A stretch of DNA of 47,464 bases from Candidatus Parcubacteria bacterium (lineage in GTDB: Bacteria > Patescibacteriota > Patescibacteriia > UBA9934 > GWF2-40-263): positions 1-47,464 of the forward strand of contig VGKU01000001.1 of assembly GCA_016882235.1 (NCBI GenBank), written 5' to 3'. Numbering within the stretch: the stretch's first letter is position 1; the number at the start of each line of letters is the position of its first letter. The notes below the pieces were generated by a model. That model had not been told where the DNA came from, did not search any database, and saw only the letters and a list, made by a program, of their open reading frames with translations. Position numbers and translations under genes: made by a program. This document shows, piece after piece, positions 43,295 to 47,464 of the stretch.

Positions 43295-44785
43295 TTATTC
43301 TGTGAACTCATTCGACGTTTTGGGTCGCAAGGTCGGGAACAAAATCACTTCCTTCAGGTTCGGGGCGTCCGTCAAAAACGCAACGAATCGGTCAATGCCA
43401 AGCCCCATCCCGCTCGCGGGAGGCATTCCGCGTTCCAGCGCTTCCAAAAACTCCTCGTCCAGATGCTGGGCCACATCACTTCCGCGTTTACGCAGGGCCT
43501 CCTGCGCCTCAAAACGCCCACGTTGGTCCAAGGGGTCATTAATTTCATGGTAATAGGCATTGACGATTTCCATGCCGTGTACGACGAGCTGAACGGACGC
43601 GCTTTTTGTCGGATCTTCCGGACTGGCTTTGGTGAGCGGTTTGAGTTCAATCGGATAATCAAAAATCCAGGTTGGTTCTATGATTTTTTCCCGCGCCGTT
43701 TTTTTGTACAGTTCATCCAGGCATTCACCCAGCCCGACGCAATCGGAAAAATCCACCGCCAGTTTCCGTTCTTTTGCCGCGGATTCCACGGCGCGCTCAT
43801 CTTTCAGCGTATCCATGTCAATTCCGGTTGCTGACAAAATCGCCTCACGGAATGTCTTGCGCGGCCACGATCCGGAAAAATCAATCTGCCCTTCCCCGAA
43901 CGGCACACGCAAAGATCCAATCGTCTCCTGCGTGATCGTCCGAATCATTTCTTCCATAAAATCCACAAACGCATCGCGTCCGTGCGCAAACGCCCAATAC
44001 AACTCAAGCATTGTAAACTCCGGATTGTGCGCGTAATCAATCCCCTCGTTGCGAAAGACGCGGCCGATTTCGTAAATCTTTTCAAACCCGCCGACCAACA
44101 GCCGCTTGAGATACAGTTCCGGCGCGATGCGCAAATACAAATCCGCATCAAGCGCGTGGTGGTGCGTGATGAACGGACGCGCATTGGCCCCACCAGGAAT
44201 GGGCTGGAGGATCGGCGTCTCCACCTCCAGAAATCCGCGGCCGTCTAAAAAGCGACGCAAGGACGAAAGAAGCCGCGAGCGTTTCAAAAATCGTTCTTTG
44301 ACCTCAGGATTTGAAAGCAGATCCAGCTCGCGCTGGCGGTAACGCGCTTCCACATCCGTCAGTCCGTGCCACTTCTCGGGCAGGGGCAAAAGCGCCTTGG
44401 AGAGGAGCCGGTAAGAAGAAACTAGCAGGGTTTGTTCGCCTTTTTTGGTGACAAACACCGTTCCGTTGATCTCAAGAAAATCTCCCAGATCAATCGTGTC
44501 CTGGAAAAACGCGTAGGCCTTCTCGCCCAGAGTATCTTTCTTTAGCGCCATCTGCATCGTGGCGCTCTCGTCTTGTAATTGTAAAAATGTGAGGCCCCCG
44601 TGTGTACGCGCCAGACGGACGCGCCCGACCACGGTCACGGACGATCCGGTTGTTTCCAGATCGGAAAACGACGCCAGCACGTGTTCAAGCGTGTGCGTGC
44701 GTTCAACCGTGTAAGGATAGGGATCCACTCCGTGCGCACGAAGCGCTTCCAGGCGCGCGCGGCGCGCCGATCGTTCATCCTGCAT
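43295..44785 (-). CDS. lysS: Lysine--tRNA ligase (class II)
   Basis: The internal ATG at 44785 begins MQDERSARRARLEAL. An OB anticodon domain and class II motifs are present (FLEVETPIL; YEIGRVFRNEG; GMGLGIDR). Confidence 0.93.
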   Translation of the reverse strand: MQDERSARRARLEALRAHGVDPYPYTVERTHTLEHVLASFSDLETTGSSVTVVGRVRLARTHGGLTFLQLQDESATMQMALKKDTLGEKAYAFFQDTIDLGDFLEINGTVFVTKKGEQTLLVSSYRLLSKALLPLPEKWHGLTDVEARYRQRELDLLSNPEVKERFLKRSRLLSSLRRFLDGRGFLEVETPILQPIPGGANARPFITHHHALDADLYLRIAPELYLKRLLVGGFEKIYEIGRVFRNEGIDYAHNPEFTMLELYWAFAHGRDAFVDFMEEMIRTITQETIGSLRVPFGEGQIDFSGSWPRKTFREAILSATGIDMDTLKDERAVESAAKERKLAVDFSDCVGLGECLDELYKKTAREKIIEPTWIFDYPIELKPLTKASPEDPTKSASVQLVVHGMEIVNAYYHEINDPLDQRGRFEAQEALRKRGSDVAQHLDEEFLEALERGMPPASGMGLGIDRFVAFLTDAPNLKEVILFPTLRPKTSNEFTE

Positions 44786-44787
44786 AG

Positions 44788-45237
44788 TTAGATGATTTCC
44801 AAAATGGTATACGCGACTTCCCCTGCGGGCGTTTTTACAAGAATATCTTCCCCAGCGCCATGGCCGATGAGCGCGCGCCCGAGCGGCGATTCGTTGCTGA
44901 TTTTGCACGCGACCGGATCGGCATCGTGCGAACCGACCATCTGGTACGTTTTTTCCCGGCCGTTGATACGCGCGCGAAATGTACAGCCCAGTTGGATCAC
45001 GTCGCCGCCGGAGGTTTCTTCCACGACGACCGCATTATGCACCATTTCCTCCAGTTGCGCGATCCGCGCTTCGTTGAGCGCCTGCTGTTCTTTGGCGTCC
45101 TGGTATTCAAAATTCTCGGAGAGGTCTCCGTGTTCCTTTGCGACGCTGATCGCCTCCGCGATATTCCGACGCGTGTCGTGCACGCGCTGGTCCAATTCCT
45201 GTTTCAATTTTTCCAACCCTTCTTTGGAGATATACAT
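44788..45237 (-). CDS. greA: Transcription elongation factor GreA
   Basis: The internal ATG at 45237 begins the protein. KEHGDLSENFEYQDAKEQQ matches the GreA coiled-coil tip. Confidence 0.9.
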   Translation of the reverse strand: MYISKEGLEKLKQELDQRVHDTRRNIAEAISVAKEHGDLSENFEYQDAKEQQALNEARIAQLEEMVHNAVVVEETSGGDVIQLGCTFRARINGREKTYQMVGSHDADPVACKISNESPLGRALIGHGAGEDILVKTPAGEVAYTILEII

Positions 45238-45247
45238 AAACCCGTTT

Positions 45248-46330
45248 TCAATGGATTGCGTTATCTTTCCGGTTCTTGGCACGCTTGTCAATGCGCGGAA
45301 TCGTTGCGAGAGCCGTCGCGAGCGGCACGGTCAGGATCAGAGCAATGGTACCGGTCAGTATGCGGACGATCTCCTCGGCGACCGCCTGATTGTTGAGGAA
45401 GCTGGAGACATCCGACGAGTGGGAGAAGTAGAGGAGGAACATCGGGAGCGCGGCGCTGGCGTACACGAGCACGAGTGTATTGACGGTGGACGCGATGTGG
45501 TGCTGGCCGACGCGCATCGCGCTGGCGAACAGGTCGCGGCGGGTGAGCTGTGGGTTGGCCACAGAGAGTTCTTCCACAATTTCAGATTGAGCGACCGCGA
45601 CATCATCCAGCACACCGACCGTACCGAGGATGGCCGCGGCGATGAAGATACCAACGGAATCGGTGATCGCATCCAGTTTCCAAATGAGCACGTTGGCCTC
45701 CTCGGCCCCAAGGCCCGAGAGCGAGGAGGCGCGACTGAAGACGCTCGTGAGGAGCCAGGTGAGGGCCAGACCGCCCGTGGTGCCAAGGAAGGCGAAGAAG
45801 GTGCGCCGGTGGAAGCCGTGAGAGATGTGGATGTTGACGAAAAGAATGAGGATGGAAGCCAGGACGGTGAAGAGAATGGGATCGCGGCCAGCGATGAGAC
45901 TTGGGAACAGGAAGGCAAACAGGATGGCGACCGTGACAGCCAGGCCGATGAGCGAGAAGACGCCTCGGAAGAAGCCGACGACAATCACGGAAAGCGCGAA
46001 CAGGAGGAACAGGATCAGAAGCGGCTGGGTGCGAATTTTATCGTCAAAGAACACCTGTTGGGTCCCGTCGGGCATCTCCACGATACGCAGGAGGACCCGA
46101 TCGTCGGGAGCGAGCGTGAAAGAGAGACCTTGAGGATAGGATAATGCGGTATCCACGCGGAAAATCTCGCCTTGTTCCGTCTGGGCCTCAAATACCGTCT
46201 CGCCTTCCATCTCCACAATCACCGCTCTTACCTCTCTGGGCTCCTGAACTTCTCCCTGCTCCTGCGCCTTGATCCCAAACGGCATCAAACCCAAAATGGC
46301 AAACAGTAAAAAAAGATGCGCCTTCTGCAT
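45248..46330 (-). CDS. YibE/F-family polytopic membrane protein
   Basis: A signal peptide and small extracytoplasmic domain are followed by about seven TM segments. The overall pattern resembles YibE/F. The assignment is from memory and moderately uncertain. Confidence 0.55.
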   Translation of the reverse strand: MQKAHLFLLFAILGLMPFGIKAQEQGEVQEPREVRAVIVEMEGETVFEAQTEQGEIFRVDTALSYPQGLSFTLAPDDRVLLRIVEMPDGTQQVFFDDKIRTQPLLILFLLFALSVIVVGFFRGVFSLIGLAVTVAILFAFLFPSLIAGRDPILFTVLASILILFVNIHISHGFHRRTFFAFLGTTGGLALTWLLTSVFSRASSLSGLGAEEANVLIWKLDAITDSVGIFIAAAILGTVGVLDDVAVAQSEIVEELSVANPQLTRRDLFASAMRVGQHHIASTVNTLVLVYASAALPMFLLYFSHSSDVSSFLNNQAVAEEIVRILTGTIALILTVPLATALATIPRIDKRAKNRKDNAIH

Positions 46331-46338
46331 ACGAACTG

Positions 46339-46347
46339 ATCATACCA
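46339..46347 (-). promoter_or_regulatory. Extended -10 promoter candidate (TGgTATGAT) for the YibE/F gene
   Basis: The minus strand reads TGGTATGAT (complement of 46339-46347). ATG 46330 lies 8 nt after the -10 with no SD. Confidence 0.33.
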
Positions 46348-46383
46348 TACTTCTTGAGGAAACGGGTGATAACCCTCAGGAGA

Positions 46384-47464
46384 TTACCGGAGCGCCCCCC
46401 GGTTCGTCATCAGCCACCAGTACAGCATCTCCCGCGCCAAGGGGACGGCCGCATCGGTTGATTCCCCGCCGTTTTCTACTAACACAGCCAGGGCGATCCT
46501 GGGATTCTCATAGGGTGCGAACCCTGCAAACCATGAATGGAAACGGTCATGACCCGGCGCTTGGGCTGTGCCCGTTTTTCCGGCCGATGAAAATGGCAAT
46601 CCAGACAGGGATCGCGCTGACCCGGACAGGACGGTCTCGCGCATCGCGCGTTTGACGATGCGCATCGCCGTTGAGTCCAATCCCGAAATCGGTTCACCTG
46701 CTTGCACTGTTTCCTCCAACACGCGCGGTTTCATGCGCACGCCGTCATTGGCGATCGTGCCGGTCGCTACAGCCATCTGCAAGGGCGTCGTTAAAAAATC
46801 CCCCTGCCCGATTGCCAGATGGTAGGTATCCCCGACATACCAGCGCTCGCCTTTCACCTCCTCTTTCCAGGCTTTGGACGGTAAAAATCCATCCGCTTCG
46901 CCGGGCAAGTCCAAGCCAGTTGGCGATCCAAACCCAAACAGCGCGGCATAATCCGTTATGCGTTTAACCCCCAATCCGTTAAACTGATTGAACCCGCCGC
47001 CGACAATGTAAAAATAGGTGTTCACGGATTGCGCGATGGCTTTCGTAACGTCTGTGACACCATGCCCGCCGGGTTTCCAATCCGGAAAAAACCAACCACC
47101 CACGTTTAAACCGCCTGAAGAAACGAATGAAGTGTGTTCGTTGACCAACCCGTCGGCGAGCGCCGCATACGCCATAAACGGCTTAAAGGTTGAGCCGGAA
47201 GGAAACTCGCCGGAAATCGCCCGCGCGAACAACGGTTGATCTGGATCGTTCATGAGCGCTGCAAACGATTCCTGATCAATACCGCGGGCAAATCCGTTTG
47301 CATCGTACCCAGGTAGGCTGACCAGCGCATACACTTCACCGGTTTGCGGATCCAACGCGACCACGGACGCGCGCGACGCGCCGCCGGCGCGAAACAGATT
47401 TTGCAGACGTTCTTCAATGAACGCTTGGAAGGCCGCATCAATCGTCAGGCGAACCGACGAGCCG
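46384..47464 (-). CDS. mrdA: Penicillin-binding protein 2-type transpeptidase (5'-truncated by window edge)
   Basis: The frame stays open to the window end (…SSVRLTIDAAFQAFIEERL…VVALDPQTGEV). The active-site motif GSTFKPF (SxxK) and KTGTAQ (KTG) are present. Confidence 0.85.
   Translation of the reverse strand, partial: GSSVRLTIDAAFQAFIEERLQNLFRAGGASRASVVALDPQTGEVYALVSLPGYDANGFARGIDQESFAALMNDPDQPLFARAISGEFPSGSTFKPFMAYAALADGLVNEHTSFVSSGGLNVGGWFFPDWKPGGHGVTDVTKAIAQSVNTYFYIVGGGFNQFNGLGVKRITDYAALFGFGSPTGLDLPGEADGFLPSKAWKEEVKGERWYVGDTYHLAIGQGDFLTTPLQMAVATGTIANDGVRMKPRVLEETVQAGEPISGLDSTAMRIVKRAMRETVLSGSARSLSGLPFSSAGKTGTAQAPGHDRFHSWFAGFAPYENPRIALAVLVENGGESTDAAVPLAREMLYWWLMTNRGALR

Noticed and set aside
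44792-46144. 450-aa plus-strand ORF with an acidic, low-complexity C-terminus
   Set aside because: It is antisense to greA and the YibE/F gene, both of which have clear family signatures. It has no recognisable domain.
1-47464. Alternative genetic code (UGA recoding, as in some candidate phyla)
   Set aside because: TGA functions as the stop in four ATGA stop/start overlaps (948, 24362, 26097, 31775). Well-conserved proteins also end at TGA at their expected lengths. The standard code fits.
1-47464. Mobile element, prophage or defence island
   Set aside because: I recognised no integrase, transposase, recombinase, phage structural, toxin-antitoxin or known defence gene signatures. Gene content is core housekeeping with tight operon packing. 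I also recognised no tRNA or rRNA genes by eye, though tRNAscan/Infernal were not run.

Overview
Gene-dense chromosomal window, about 50 CDS and moderately GC-rich by eye. It uses the standard genetic code: TGA is the stop in four ATGA stop/start overlaps. Content is almost entirely housekeeping. It holds secD(partial)-secF, uppP, mnmA, era, a RumA/TrmA-type RNA methyltransferase, corA, murJ and alaS. The alpha ribosomal operon (infA-rpmJ-rpsM-rpsK-rpsD-rpoA-rplQ) is followed directly by rplM-rpsI. A five-gene surface-glycan cluster follows (flippase, GT4, two GT2, O-antigen-ligase-like). On the minus strand sit a LigB-like gene, priA, def and fmt, then clpB behind a perfect CIRCE operator. 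The rest comprises a WecG/TagA transferase, gltX, an EnvC-like M23 peptidase, ftsQ, alr, lysS, greA, a YibE/F membrane protein and a partial PBP2-type transpeptidase. I recognised no rRNA, tRNA, CRISPR, transposase or integrase by eye, and no search tool was run. Several core proteins look minimal: RpoA lacks the alpha-CTD, AlaRS lacks the C-Ala domain, L13 is short, and PriA has lost its ATPase motifs. This suggests a streamlined, probably uncultivated lineage (Patescibacteria/CPR-like); that is inference only. The items most worth follow-up are these. (1) A 456-nt convergent intergenic region (40459-40914) holds a 26-bp perfect GAAA-capped hairpin, about 103-nt degenerate tandem units that each contain a conserved hairpin, five GCTAGC palindromes and a polypyrimidine tail; it is a candidate structured ncRNA or protein-binding array. 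(2) An orphan two-gene module (1931-5428) pairs a large membrane protein with a TM-less VirD4/TraD-like ATPase carrying a zinc ribbon and a Lys/Pro-rich tail, with no other T4SS or conjugation genes nearby. (3) A PriA homolog has degenerate Walker A/B motifs. (4) RpoA has no alpha-CTD. (5) A perfect CIRCE is embedded in the clpB promoter. (6) A recurrent promoter-to-start-codon geometry implies leaderless mRNAs. (7) A structured 172-nt spacer lies between infA and rpmJ. All coordinates for starts are best guesses from the ORF track plus visible start/RBS context.
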